Positions 1-9,892 of a DNA stretch of 64,000 bases are shown here, in pieces; the first letter of the stretch is position 1, and each line of letters starts with the position of its first letter. The notes below the pieces were generated by a model, which worked only from the letters and a program-made list of their open reading frames with translations, was not told the DNA's origin and did not search any database. Origin of the DNA: an uncultured Rhodobacteraceae bacterium (lineage in GTDB: Bacteria; Pseudomonadota; Alphaproteobacteria; Rhodobacterales; Rhodobacteraceae); assembly GCA_947499725.1 (NCBI GenBank), contig CANMPK010000004.1, positions 211,550 to 275,549 on the forward strand. The letters are read 5' to 3'. The position numbers and the translations under genes were made by a program.

Positions 1-2
1 AC

Positions 3-194
3 GTTGAAAACAACGGTGTTGAGATCAAGCAGTGGAACGACGCAATGCTGGAAACCTTCCGCACAACTTGGAATGAAGTGGCAGAAGAAGAAGCAGCGAA
101 CGATGAGTTCTTCGCGAAAGTTCTGACTGACCTGAACGAATTCCGTGACGGTTACTCCATCTGGAAAGAAAACGCGTTCCTTCCGCGCAAATAA
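3..194 (+). CDS. C-terminal end of a TRAP transporter substrate-binding protein (partial, runs off left edge)
   Basis: Open frame from base 3 reads VENNGVEIKQWNDAMLETFRTTWNEVAEEEAANDEFFAKVLTDLNEFRDGYSIWKENAFLPRK-stop. This resembles the C-terminus of DctP/TakP-type proteins, and the gene lies directly upstream of a TRAP permease. Confidence 0.75.
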   Translation, partial: VENNGVEIKQWNDAMLETFRTTWNEVAEEEAANDEFFAKVLTDLNEFRDGYSIWKENAFLPRK

Positions 195-229
195 GACGAT
201 TGGTCAGGTTTACCTCCCTGACACCACTT

Positions 230-257
230 GGGGGAGCAGATTTCGCTCCCCCTTTTT
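230..257 (+). terminator. Rho-independent terminator/attenuator after the TRAP SBP gene
   Basis: GGGGGAGC-AGATTTC-GCTCCCCC (8-bp stem) followed by TTTTT. Confidence 0.8.
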
Positions 258-349
258 CATTCTGATTTTCTCAATTTACAGACCCTGACCCAGCGGGATT
301 TCACCCGCATCTTTAAGCGCGTTCAAGCGTGAAGACTTAGGAGGAACCC

Positions 350-2416
350 ATGGCTAGCCATATGTCACCAAGCGACGATCCAGTGGACGTCTATCAGCAG
401 ATCACAGAACACGAAGATCGTGATCGTCAGCCCGTCGCCCTCGCGCTTGATGCAACTGTGAAAACAGTGGGTAAAGTGGTCATGTGGGCCAACTTGCTGT
501 TGGTTCTCGCGATCGTGACGCAGGTTGCGATGCGCTACCTGTTCAACGAGAACTACCCGAAACTGGATGAGATCCAGTGGCATTTCTACGGTCTGGTGAC
601 CATGGTTGGGATTTCCTACGCTTTGGTCACAGACAGCCATGTGCGTGTAGACCTTTTGCACATGCAACTGACCCGCCGCGCGCAGCGTGTGATCGAAGTG
701 ATCGGCATTCTGACGCTTCTGGTGCCCTTCATCTATCTGATGGTGGATCAGGGGTATGACTATTTCTACGAAAGCTGGCGTGTAAACGAACGTTCAGACA
801 GCCCGACAGGTTTGGCGGCGCGTTGGGCTTTGAAATCTGTGATCCCAATCAGCTTTGTTTTGCTGGCTTTGGCTGCGCTTGCGCGTTTGATCCATGACGT
901 ACACGCGCTGTTCGCCAACTACGAAGAAGAGCGCCAAGGCAAAGGCATTCGCATTGTCATCTGGGCTTTGATCGCCTTTGCAGTGGTCGCAACTGCGCTG
1001 ACCTTCTTGGTGGAAACCACCGAAGAAAAGCTGGTGATTGCGATGTTCCTAACCTTCATCGCGCTGCTGTTCACGGGCTTCCCTGTGGCATGGACATTGG
1101 CCGGTGTGGGCGTGGCCTACTGCGGGATCGCCTACCTGTTTGACTGGGACTACATGGCGTGGACGGGTTTGGAATCCACCTTCACAGGTCTTGATTACCT
1201 AACACTCGGCGCCGTGGTGAACCGCGTTTATGCAACCATGTCCAATGCGGTTCTGGTAGCCTTGCCGATGTTTATCTTCATGGGCCTGATGCTGGATGAA
1301 TCCGGTGTGGCAGAGCGTTTGATGACATCCATGCAGCGCCTGTTCGGGACCGTGCGCGGTGGTTTGGCGATCACTGTGACGCTGATCGGTATCATCCTTG
1401 CGGCTTCTACCGGTATCATTGGGGCCTCTGTTGTTCTGCTGGGCGTGCTGTCGCTGCCATCTATGATGGAGCAGAAATACAACCCAGCTTTGGCGGCAGG
1501 TGTTGTGTCGGCCTCTGGGACATTGGGCATCTTGATCCCACCGTCCATCATGCTTGTGATCATGGCAGACCAAATGGCATTGTCTGTAGGCGATTTGTTC
1601 ATGGCCGCGGTCTTCCCCGGTGTGATCATTGGCGCGCTGTATCTGACCTATATCTTCGTGATCTCTCAGATTAAGAAAGACGTCGCACCTGTTCCGGAAG
1701 GGGCGAAAGCGCCTGATTGGAATGCTGTGAAAGACGTTCTGGTGGCCGTTTTGCCAACATTGGCACTGATCCTTGCGGTTCTGGGCTCGATCTTCGCAGG
1801 TCTGACCACTCCAACCGAAGCCTCTGGTGTTGGCGCATTGGGCGCGACATTGCTGGCGCTGGGCTATCGTAAGCTGACACTGCGCAAGCTGATCAACGTT
1901 TTGAAATCTACTTTCAATACAACCGCTTACATCTTTGCGATCTTTCTTGGCGCGACAGTCTTTTCCTACGTTCTACGCGAACTGGGCGGGGATGAGTTGA
2001 TCGAACATATGATCCTGTCCACAGGTCTGGGCCCGAACGGCACGGTTCTGATTATCTTGGGCCTCGTATTCCTGCTGGGCTTTGTTCTGGACTGGATCGA
2101 GATCACGCTGATCGTTCTGCCGCTGATGCGCCCGATCATCAATGCGCTGGGCATCGATATTCCGGGCTTTGGCGCGATTGATGAACCTGCGTTGGTGTGG
2201 TTCGTGATCTTGGTAGCTGTGACCTTGCAGACCAGTTTCTTAACGCCACCCGTAGGATTTGCCCTGTTCTATCTGAAAGGGGTTTGCCCGCCAGAGATCA
2301 AGCTGATGGATATCTATAAAGGGATTATTCCTTTTGTTATCCTACAGTTGACCGGTTTGGCGCTCGTCTTCTTCTGGCCCGCCTTGGCCACGTGGCTCCC
2401 CTCGGTCGCCTATTAA
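350..2416 (+). CDS. TRAP transporter fused small+large permease (DctQ-DctM fusion), probably for lactate
   Basis: 688 aa. The N-terminal ~180 aa are DctQ-like (HVRVDL motif). The rest is DctM-like (ASGTLGILIPPSIML, LTPPVGFALFYLKG). AGGAGG RBS upstream. Adjacent to two lactate dehydrogenases. Confidence 0.85.
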   Translation: MASHMSPSDDPVDVYQQITEHEDRDRQPVALALDATVKTVGKVVMWANLLLVLAIVTQVAMRYLFNENYPKLDEIQWHFYGLVTMVGISYALVTDSHVRVDLLHMQLTRRAQRVIEVIGILTLLVPFIYLMVDQGYDYFYESWRVNERSDSPTGLAARWALKSVIPISFVLLALAALARLIHDVHALFANYEEERQGKGIRIVIWALIAFAVVATALTFLVETTEEKLVIAMFLTFIALLFTGFPVAWTLAGVGVAYCGIAYLFDWDYMAWTGLESTFTGLDYLTLGAVVNRVYATMSNAVLVALPMFIFMGLMLDESGVAERLMTSMQRLFGTVRGGLAITVTLIGIILAASTGIIGASVVLLGVLSLPSMMEQKYNPALAAGVVSASGTLGILIPPSIMLVIMADQMALSVGDLFMAAVFPGVIIGALYLTYIFVISQIKKDVAPVPEGAKAPDWNAVKDVLVAVLPTLALILAVLGSIFAGLTTPTEASGVGALGATLLALGYRKLTLRKLINVLKSTFNTTAYIFAIFLGATVFSYVLRELGGDELIEHMILSTGLGPNGTVLIILGLVFLLGFVLDWIEITLIVLPLMRPIINALGIDIPGFGAIDEPALVWFVILVAVTLQTSFLTPPVGFALFYLKGVCPPEIKLMDIYKGIIPFVILQLTGLALVFFWPALATWLPSVAY

Positions 2417-2427
2417 AGGAAGCACCA

Positions 2428-3573
2428 ATGCGTTTGACACAATGTCATAACTTCCAAGACTTCCGCACGCTTGCGCGCAAACGTCTGCCAGGTCCCATCT
2501 TTAACTATATTGATGGGGCCGCAGATGACGAGGTGACCTATCGCGCCAATACATCTGCGTTTGATCGATGTGATCTGCTTCCCTCGGTTCTAACAGGGGT
2601 GGAAGAGGTCGACATGTCGGTGACGGTGATGGGGCAGAAGCTGGATATGCCGATCTATTGTTCACCAACAGCGTTGCAACGTCTGTTCCACCATCAAGGG
2701 GAACGCGCTGTGGCAGCGGCGGCTGAAAAATACGGCACCATGTTTGGTGTTTCGTCTTTGGGCACCGTAAGTCTCGAAGAAATGAGGAAAAAACACAAAA
2801 CGCCTCAGGTCTATCAGTTCTATTTCCATCGTGATCGTGGCTTGAACAAAGCAATGATGCAGCGGGCGAAAGAGGCTGGGGTAGATGTGATGATGCTGAC
2901 GGTTGATAGCATCACCGGTGGCAACCGAGAGCGTGACAAACGTACCGGATTTTCCATTCCGTTCCGCCTGACACTGGGCGGCATGATCCAGTTTGCGATG
3001 AAACCCATGTGGGGCATCAACTATGTGACCCATGAAAAATTCCGTCTGCCTCAGTTGGAGGAACATGTGGATATGGGCGGTGGCGCCAGTTCGATTGGTG
3101 GGTATTTCTCGGAAATGCTTGATCCGTCGATGAACTGGGATGATGTGGCTGAAATGGTTGCGGATTGGGATGGTCAGTTTTGCCTGAAAGGCATCATGAC
3201 CGCTGAAGATGCACGTCGCGCTGTGGATATTGGCTGCACGGGCATTGTGCTGTCTAACCACGGGGGGCGGCAATTGGATGGTTCGCGCACACCGTTTGAT
3301 CAACTGAAAGAAATCGTGGACGCCGTGGGCGACGATATTGATGTGATCATGGACAGCGGAATTCAGCGTGGAACCCATGTTTTAAAGGCGCTTTCGCTTG
3401 GGGCGAAGGCTGTCGGGGGCGGGCGGTTCTATCTGTATCCTTTGGCTGCGGCTGGACAAAAAGGCGTGGAGCGCGCGTTGGGCCTGATGCATGCTGAGAT
3501 TGAACGCAGTATGAAACTGATGGGGGTGACTTCATTAGATCAGCTTTCCCCTGAAAATTTGCGATTTCGCTAG
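2428..3573 (+). CDS. lldD: FMN-dependent L-lactate dehydrogenase (alpha-hydroxy acid oxidase family)
   Basis: Motifs FNYIDGAADDE, LTVD and SNHGGRQLDG. Start moved to ATG 2428 (AAGGA RBS just after the upstream stop). Confidence 0.85.
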   Translation: MRLTQCHNFQDFRTLARKRLPGPIFNYIDGAADDEVTYRANTSAFDRCDLLPSVLTGVEEVDMSVTVMGQKLDMPIYCSPTALQRLFHHQGERAVAAAAEKYGTMFGVSSLGTVSLEEMRKKHKTPQVYQFYFHRDRGLNKAMMQRAKEAGVDVMMLTVDSITGGNRERDKRTGFSIPFRLTLGGMIQFAMKPMWGINYVTHEKFRLPQLEEHVDMGGGASSIGGYFSEMLDPSMNWDDVAEMVADWDGQFCLKGIMTAEDARRAVDIGCTGIVLSNHGGRQLDGSRTPFDQLKEIVDAVGDDIDVIMDSGIQRGTHVLKALSLGAKAVGGGRFYLYPLAAAGQKGVERALGLMHAEIERSMKLMGVTSLDQLSPENLRFR

Positions 3574-3582
3574 GACGAAAAG

Positions 3583-5265
3583 ATGAACGACCAAGAGCTT
3601 TTGAACACCCTGCGCGAGATTTGTGGTTCGCGTTTCGTGATCACCAAACCAAGTGCGACAGCGCGCTTTCGTAAGGGCTTCCGTTCGGGGCAAGGGGCGG
3701 CTTTGGCTGTTGTGCGCCCTGGCAGTTTGCTAGAGCAATGGAAGGTGCTTCAGGCCTGTGTGGAAGCAGATAAAATTGTTATTTTTCAAGCAGCTAATAC
3801 GGGTTTGACAGAGGGGTCTACCCCTAAAGAAACCTATGAGCGCGATGTGGTTGTGATCAATACGCTGCGTTTGGATGGGCTTCAGTTGATCAATGACGGC
3901 AAGCAGGTTGTTAGCCTTCCGGGGGCAACGTTGTTTGCCTTGTCCAAATTGCTGGGGACAATCAACCGGCAGCCGCATTCGGTGATCGGCAGCTCTAGCA
4001 TTGGGGCGACCGTTGTCGGCGGCGTGTGCAACAATTCAGGCGGAGCCTTGGTTGAACGCGGTCCTGCCTATACAGAGCTGTCCCTGTTCGCGCGGATCAA
4101 TGAAGATGGAAAGCTGTATCTTATCAATAACTTAGGGATGAACCTAGGCGAGAGCCCAGAAGAAATCCTGATGAATTTGGAGCATGGAAATTACAGCGCT
4201 GAGGACGTTTTGAACGACAATCGCAAAGCGTCTGATACGGATTACCAGACGATTGTGCGCGATGTGACGGCGGATACGCCGTCGCGGTTTAATGCGGATA
4301 AGCGGTGTTTGCATGATGCGTCGGGCAGCGCAGGGAAATTGGCGGTGTTTGCGGTGCGTTTGGATACACATCCGCAGTATGAAGAAGAACGCACCTTCTA
4401 CATTGGCACCAATGAGACCGCGCCTTTGACGGAATTGCGTCGTCGTATCTTGTCAGAGTTCAAAACTTTGCCTGTGACCGCAGAGTATATGCATGAAGAT
4501 TTGTTCGATGTGTCAGACACTTACGGCAAAGACACAGCCGTTATGATCGACAAGCTGGGCACGGATCGTTTGCCGATGTTCTTTGCGCTGAAGGGCAAAG
4601 TGGATGGGATTTTGGCGAATGTGCCGGGCATGGGGAATTTCACGGATCGCTTTATGCAATTCGTTATGAAGTTCTGGCCGGATATTCTGCCCAAACGCAT
4701 GCGGGAATACCGCGCGAAATTTCCGCATCATTTGATCCTGAAAATGCATGATGGTGGCATTGAGGAAGCGCGTAACCTTCTGAAAGATATGGAAGAAAAA
4801 GGCGAAATCACCTTTTTCGAATGCGACGCGCATGAGGCGAAAATGGCGGGGCTTCACCGCTTTGCGGCGGCGGGAGCAGCTGTGCGGTATATGGCGGTGC
4901 ATAAGTCTGAAGTGGAAGACATTATTGCGCTGGATATTGCTTTGCGCCGCAATGACACCGAATGGTTCGAAGAACTGCCAAAAGAGATTACAGATCAATT
5001 GGTTAGCCAGCTCTACTATGGGCATTTCATGTGCCACGTGTTCCATCAGGATTATGTGGTGAAAAAGGGCGCTGACCCGAAGGCTCTTAAAGCTAAGATG
5101 CTGGAAATATTGGACAAACGACGCGCGGAATACCCGTCGGAACACAATATGGGGCATTTGTACCCAGCTAAGGAAGATTTGGCGGCCTTTTACAAAGAGA
5201 TGGACCCGACCAACAGTATGAACCCCGGGATTGGCAAAATGTCCCGCAAAAAGAACTACGCTTAA
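3583..5265 (+). CDS. dld: Quinone-dependent FAD D-lactate dehydrogenase (E. coli Dld type)
   Basis: 560 aa with QAANTGLTEGSTP, GGVCNNSGGALV, HFMCHVFHQDY and EHNMGHLY...DPTNSMNPGIGK. Confidence 0.9.
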   Translation: MNDQELLNTLREICGSRFVITKPSATARFRKGFRSGQGAALAVVRPGSLLEQWKVLQACVEADKIVIFQAANTGLTEGSTPKETYERDVVVINTLRLDGLQLINDGKQVVSLPGATLFALSKLLGTINRQPHSVIGSSSIGATVVGGVCNNSGGALVERGPAYTELSLFARINEDGKLYLINNLGMNLGESPEEILMNLEHGNYSAEDVLNDNRKASDTDYQTIVRDVTADTPSRFNADKRCLHDASGSAGKLAVFAVRLDTHPQYEEERTFYIGTNETAPLTELRRRILSEFKTLPVTAEYMHEDLFDVSDTYGKDTAVMIDKLGTDRLPMFFALKGKVDGILANVPGMGNFTDRFMQFVMKFWPDILPKRMREYRAKFPHHLILKMHDGGIEEARNLLKDMEEKGEITFFECDAHEAKMAGLHRFAAAGAAVRYMAVHKSEVEDIIALDIALRRNDTEWFEELPKEITDQLVSQLYYGHFMCHVFHQDYVVKKGADPKALKAKMLEILDKRRAEYPSEHNMGHLYPAKEDLAAFYKEMDPTNSMNPGIGKMSRKKNYA

Positions 5266-5272
5266 GCGTTTT

Positions 5273-5302
5273 GGCCCGCCACCGTGCGGGCCATTTATTT
5301 TT
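5273..5302 (+). terminator. Rho-independent terminator after dld
   Basis: GGCCCGC-CACCGT-GCGGGCC followed by ATTTATTTTT. Confidence 0.7.
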
Positions 5303-5415
5303 GAGAAAGGTGGCAATTCGCCCCTTTCAGGGTCTGAAATGTACATTTGGGCCTTTGCCATAAGGCCGCAGCGCGCTCGGTTGTGTTTCTGCAAAAGCCA
5401 CTGCAAGATTTAGGC

Positions 5416-7131
5416 ATGAGAAATACCCTCGCGATCTTCATCTCGATTCTGGGCGCGCTGATTTTGGTCAGCGCGGTTTTTGTGATCTCGATGGCGCAGT
5501 CTTTGAACGATCTGTCGGACCGAGGGCGCACGGATTTGGCGCTGGCCTCGGATCGGTTGATCAGCGGGGTGTTTAGCCACCGGCAATTGGCCGTGTCTTT
5601 GGCGGCGGACCCGCGGTTTCAAAGCGGGGCGATGTCGCGCGAGGAAATGTCGGATGTTTTGCTAAGGGCCTCGGGCATGTCGGGCGCTTTGGAAATGACC
5701 GTGCTGGATCGGGATCGCAAGATCATTGCCAGCTCGGCTGGGCGCGGCGATGCGGTTTGGCTGGATGCGCCGTTTGTGCAGCGGGCGTTTCATGGGGCGC
5801 TTGGGCGTGCGGCAGGGGTGAGCCCGTGGTTTTCGCGGAGGGTGTTTTATTATGCCATTCCGATTTTCTCGGAAGATGGGCCGGTGGATGGCGCGCTTGT
5901 GACGACCATCGACATTGAAGCCATCGAAGCGGATTTTCGCGGTAGTCGGCCTGCGGTGATTGTCAGCGATGACAGCGGGGTGATCTTTTTCTCGAACCGG
6001 TCAGAGCTGGTTCTGCGCAATCGCAGGATTGCGCCGCCCGGTCCGCAGTTTGTGGATTACACCGAAATGCGCGTGTTCAATCATACGATCTGGTGGATTT
6101 CAGCCACGCGCTACATTCCGCGTATTGCGCTGCATCTGAGCGAGGAGCTGCATCAGATTGGAATGCGGGCGGAGGCGATCAAAGACATCATGCCGGCGGT
6201 GCGCATTGCGAGTTTGCAGGCCAGTATGGTGGGGTTCATTTGTTTGATCCTTGGCAGTGTGATCTTTTTCTTTGGCTACAAGCGACGAGCTTTGGCGCGG
6301 ATCAACTCGGTTTTGGAAGAACGCGTTGCGGCGCGGACGGCAGAAATTAGCGAGATGAACGCATCGCTGTTGAGCGAGGTAGCCGAGCGCAAAGAAACCG
6401 AGGCGGCGTTAAGGCGCGCGCAGCGGGATTTGGTGCAGGCGGAAAAGCTGACCGCTTTGGGGAAGATGTCGGCGGGCATCAGCCATGAGCTGAATCAGCC
6501 GTTGATGGCGATCCAGTCTTATGCAGACAATGCCTCGGCCTTTATTGATCGCAGTCGGGCAGACACAGCCAAGCAAAATATCAGCAAGATTTCTGAGATT
6601 TCCGAGCGTATGGCGCGGATCATTCGGAATTTCCGTGCCTTTGCGCGGCAGGAAAAACAGCCGATGCAGAAGGTTGATCTGGTGCAGGTGGTGCTGGAGG
6701 CGGTTGATACGGTTGAGGCGCGCTTGACCCAGCAGGGGGTGGCTTTGCAGTTGGATTTGCCAGAGGCGGCGGTTTGGGTGCAGGGGGGCTCTGTGCGATT
6801 GCAGCAGGTGATTGTGAACCTTGTGGTGAACGCGCTTGATGCTTTGCAGGACGCGCCGCGCAAAGAGATTTCGATTGGTTTGTCGGCGGATGGGCCGATT
6901 GCCTTGATGGTGCAGGACAGCGGCGCGGGGATTGCGGATGTGGACCGGATATTTGAGCCGTTTTATTCCACCAAGAATGTGGGCAAGGCCGATGGGCTGG
7001 GTTTGGGATTGTCGATCTCTTACGGGATTGTGCAGAGTTTTGGCGGCACCATTCGCGGTGCCAATGCGCAAGAGGGCGGGGCGGTGTTCACGGTTGAGCT
7101 GCTGCCTTGGCCGAAGGAGGATGCCGCGTGA
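5416..7131 (+). CDS. dctB: C4-dicarboxylate sensor histidine kinase DctB
   Basis: Two TM segments flanking a periplasmic Cache-like region. H-box GISHELNQPL, N-box NLVVNALDA, G-boxes DSGAGI and GLGLGLSIS. Start probably ATG 5416. Confidence 0.85.
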   Translation: MRNTLAIFISILGALILVSAVFVISMAQSLNDLSDRGRTDLALASDRLISGVFSHRQLAVSLAADPRFQSGAMSREEMSDVLLRASGMSGALEMTVLDRDRKIIASSAGRGDAVWLDAPFVQRAFHGALGRAAGVSPWFSRRVFYYAIPIFSEDGPVDGALVTTIDIEAIEADFRGSRPAVIVSDDSGVIFFSNRSELVLRNRRIAPPGPQFVDYTEMRVFNHTIWWISATRYIPRIALHLSEELHQIGMRAEAIKDIMPAVRIASLQASMVGFICLILGSVIFFFGYKRRALARINSVLEERVAARTAEISEMNASLLSEVAERKETEAALRRAQRDLVQAEKLTALGKMSAGISHELNQPLMAIQSYADNASAFIDRSRADTAKQNISKISEISERMARIIRNFRAFARQEKQPMQKVDLVQVVLEAVDTVEARLTQQGVALQLDLPEAAVWVQGGSVRLQQVIVNLVVNALDALQDAPRKEISIGLSADGPIALMVQDSGAGIADVDRIFEPFYSTKNVGKADGLGLGLSISYGIVQSFGGTIRGANAQEGGAVFTVELLPWPKEDAA

Positions 7132-8342
7132 GTAAATCGGTTTTGGTGGTCGAAGACGATGCGGATGTGCGTGATGCGATTGGGCAGTCTTTGGAATTGG
7201 CGGGCTATGAGCCGATTTTGACCAGCGCCTTTGTGGTGGCCAAGGATCATATCAGCCGTGATTTTGACGGGGTGATTGTGTCTGACATGCGGATGCCCGG
7301 GCGGGATGGCATGTATCTGCTGAGTTACGCACAGACGGTTGATCCTGATTTGCCGGTGATTTTGTTGACCGGTGAGGGCGATATTCCGATGGCGGTGGAG
7401 GCCACGCAGAAGGGGGCCTTTGCGTTTCTTGAGAAGCCTTGCAGCAATGCGGTTTTGATGGAGATGATCGAAGGCGCGCAGGAGCTGCGGGCGACGGAGC
7501 TTGAGAACCGCTTGATCAAGGCTAAGGCCTCGCAAGGGGATGTGGCGGAGCGGATGATCTTTGGGCAATCCGATACGATTGTTGCGGTGCGGGCGGCGGT
7601 GCGGCGGATGGCTGTGCTGGATGGGCCGGTGCTGATCCAAGGGGCGCCGGGTGCTGGGGTGAGCAAATGCGCGGAGGTGGTGCATCGCTTGTCTGACATG
7701 GCGGCGGGGCCGTTTGGGCGTGTCGTGGCGGCGGGTTTGACGCCTGCGGGTTTGAACGCGGTGTTTGACGAGAACGCGGGCGGTTCGATCTATATCGATG
7801 AGATCGCGCAGCTGACGCCTGAAGTGCAGTCGGCTTTGTTGGCGGCTTTGGAAGGTGGGGTTGGGCCCCGGATTTTGGCGGGGACGGTGCAGGATATCAA
7901 AGCGCTGCCTGCGTTTAATATGGATCTGTTTTACCGGCTTGAGGCGCTGAATGTGTATATTCCGAGCCTGAAAGAGCGGCCTGAGGATATTCCGGTGCTG
8001 TTTCGTCATTACGTGCTTGAGGCCAGTGAGCAATCGGGTGTTGCGGCCCCGCCGGTGACGCAGGAGGTGTTGGCGGATTTGTTGGCGCAGGATTGGCCGG
8101 GCAATGCGCGCGCCTTGATGAATGCGGCGATGCGCTTTGTGTTGGGGTTAAGCACCGATCAAACCGCGCAGGACACGGGGCTTGCAGCGCAGATGCAGCA
8201 GGTGGAGCGCAGTTTGTTGGTGGATGCTTTGCGGCAGAACCACGGGAATGCCAGCGCGACAGCCAGTCAGTTGAAGCTGCCGCGCAAGACGTTTTACGAC
8301 AAGTTGGCGAAACACGGGCTTAAGCCGGGGGCATTTCGGTAA
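7128..8342 (+). CDS. dctD: DctD-type response regulator (receiver, degenerate AAA+ domain, Fis-type HTH)
   Basis: Receiver motifs VEDD, SDMRMPG and FLEKP. C-terminal HTH LPRKTFYDKL. GTG start overlaps the dctB stop (GTGA). Confidence 0.85.
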   Translation: MSKSVLVVEDDADVRDAIGQSLELAGYEPILTSAFVVAKDHISRDFDGVIVSDMRMPGRDGMYLLSYAQTVDPDLPVILLTGEGDIPMAVEATQKGAFAFLEKPCSNAVLMEMIEGAQELRATELENRLIKAKASQGDVAERMIFGQSDTIVAVRAAVRRMAVLDGPVLIQGAPGAGVSKCAEVVHRLSDMAAGPFGRVVAAGLTPAGLNAVFDENAGGSIYIDEIAQLTPEVQSALLAALEGGVGPRILAGTVQDIKALPAFNMDLFYRLEALNVYIPSLKERPEDIPVLFRHYVLEASEQSGVAAPPVTQEVLADLLAQDWPGNARALMNAAMRFVLGLSTDQTAQDTGLAAQMQQVERSLLVDALRQNHGNASATASQLKLPRKTFYDKLAKHGLKPGAFR

Positions 8343-8361
8343 GGGCGTTTCGGTAGGGGCT

Positions 8362-8784
8362 TTACGCGGTTGCTGCGCGTTCTTTGAAGTTCAGTGATCC
8401 GAGCATGAGCGCGAGGAAGATCAGGTTGAGCACCGCGTTCATGGGGGAGCCTGCGACGATGGAGAAGGTGGAATCCACCGCGAACCACACGATTGCTGTT
8501 TGAAGAATAACTTTGCGGCCTGCTTGGGGGGCGAGGGGCATGACATGGGCGGCGATACTGACCAGCATGGCGCCGATGCCTGCGGTGAGGCCTCCGCTGA
8601 TGGCCATGGTCAGGCGTAGGCTGGCGTCTGCTGTGTCGGGGGCTGTGGACAGTGGCCAGTGGGCGAGGTTTAGGAAGAGCTTTGCCAGTGGGTACAGCGG
8701 GCTGAGAACGGCGGCGGACAGCGCGATGCCGAGTACGGCAATAATGATTCCATTGGTGCGCATTTTCTTTTGTTCGTTGGTCAT
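8362..8784 (-). CDS. Hypothetical membrane protein (about 4 TM)
   Basis: 140 aa hydrophobic ORF with AGGAG RBS, divergent from an XRE regulator. Confidence 0.7.
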   Translation of the reverse strand: MTNEQKKMRTNGIIIAVLGIALSAAVLSPLYPLAKLFLNLAHWPLSTAPDTADASLRLTMAISGGLTAGIGAMLVSIAAHVMPLAPQAGRKVILQTAIVWFAVDSTFSIVAGSPMNAVLNLIFLALMLGSLNFKERAATA

Positions 8785-8887
8785 ATCAAGGCTCCTGTGA
8801 TGAGGTTAAGCCTGATGTCTCATGGCGGGATGCGGCAAAACAATTACCTCGTAGGTAAGTGACCTGTGTCATGTCTTTGGCTAGGCT

Positions 8888-9661
8888 GTGGCTATGAGCC
8901 AGTTTTCAGATCATCTGCGCCATTGGCGGCAGACCCGTCGTTTTAGTCAGCTTGACCTTGCGCTGGAGGCCAATGTCAGCGCGCGGCATATTTCGTTTTT
9001 AGAGACCGGTCGGGCAAAGCCGAGCCGCGAGATGATTGTGCAATTGGGGGATGCTTTGATGATCCCACTGTCTGCGCGCAATCAGATGTTGGCGGCGATG
9101 GGGTTTACCCCGCGCTATGACAGCCGCGATTGGGACGAGGCCGAGATGGCCCCTGTGCGGCGGGCGATTGATCATATGTTGCAGCGTCATGCGCCTTATC
9201 CGGGGATTGCGATTGATCGTTTGTGGCGGGTGACGCGCATGAATGTACCTGCGCAGAAGATGTTTGGCGTGTTGGGCCTTGCTGAAGGGGGCAGTATGCT
9301 CGATCTGCTGGCCAATCCGATGCTGCCGCAGATGGTCGAGAATTGGCCGGAGGTGGCCTATAGCAGCATGTTGCGGCTGCGCACGGAAAGCGCGGCGCAG
9401 GGGGGCGTGCCCGAATTGGATGCGGCCGCTTTAGCTTTGGCTGAACATGCGCAGGTGGGGGCGGCTGTCGGGCCGACCGTGCCAACGATCTTTCGACTGG
9501 GCGATCAGCGTTTTGCGATGTTTGGCACGATTGCGCAGTTTGGCTCGCCGGAAGATACGGCTTTGGAAGAGTTGAAGATCGAGCTGTTCTTTCCGTCCGA
9601 TGCGGAAACAGAGGCCGCCCTGAAGATGATGTTTGGCGGCGAGTCGGGCGCGGCTGGTTAA
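8888..9661 (+). CDS. XRE-family HTH regulator with MmyB-like ligand-binding domain
   Basis: N-terminal LRHWRQTRRFSQLDLALEANVSARHISFLETGRAKPS and C-terminal ELKIELFFPSD. Confidence 0.85.
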   Translation: MAMSQFSDHLRHWRQTRRFSQLDLALEANVSARHISFLETGRAKPSREMIVQLGDALMIPLSARNQMLAAMGFTPRYDSRDWDEAEMAPVRRAIDHMLQRHAPYPGIAIDRLWRVTRMNVPAQKMFGVLGLAEGGSMLDLLANPMLPQMVENWPEVAYSSMLRLRTESAAQGGVPELDAAALALAEHAQVGAAVGPTVPTIFRLGDQRFAMFGTIAQFGSPEDTALEELKIELFFPSDAETEAALKMMFGGESGAAG

Positions 9662-9662
9662 C

Positions 9663-9713
9663 TGTGTGGGAATCCGCACAAACCTAAAATCCGGTTGTCA
9701 CCTTTTCCGCACA
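9663..9713. promoter_or_regulatory. Tandem DctD-type binding sites upstream of dctP
   Basis: TGTGTGGGAATCCGCACA (9663-9680) and TGTCACCTTTTCCGCACA (9696-9713), 33 bp apart. They resemble the rhizobial DctD dyad TGTGCGgaaatCCGCACA (recalled, not looked up). Confidence 0.65.
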
Positions 9714-9892
9714 GGCCACGCGCTGGGCTTTGCTCCTGTGGGTTTGCGTCTTTTTAGGGCCTTGAAAATATTAGCGAAAATTTAAAATCCTCGGAGCGGA
9801 GCTGTTGTTATTGTTCCGTTCAGGAAGACACGCGATCAAGGGAATGGGAGAAAATAACCGATTTAATCGGAGTGTTCAGAGGAGGAACCCCC

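Noticed and set aside
9714-9892. Sigma54 -24/-12 promoter for dctP
   Set aside because: GGCCACG and TTTGCT are both present but not at the GG-N10-GC spacing.
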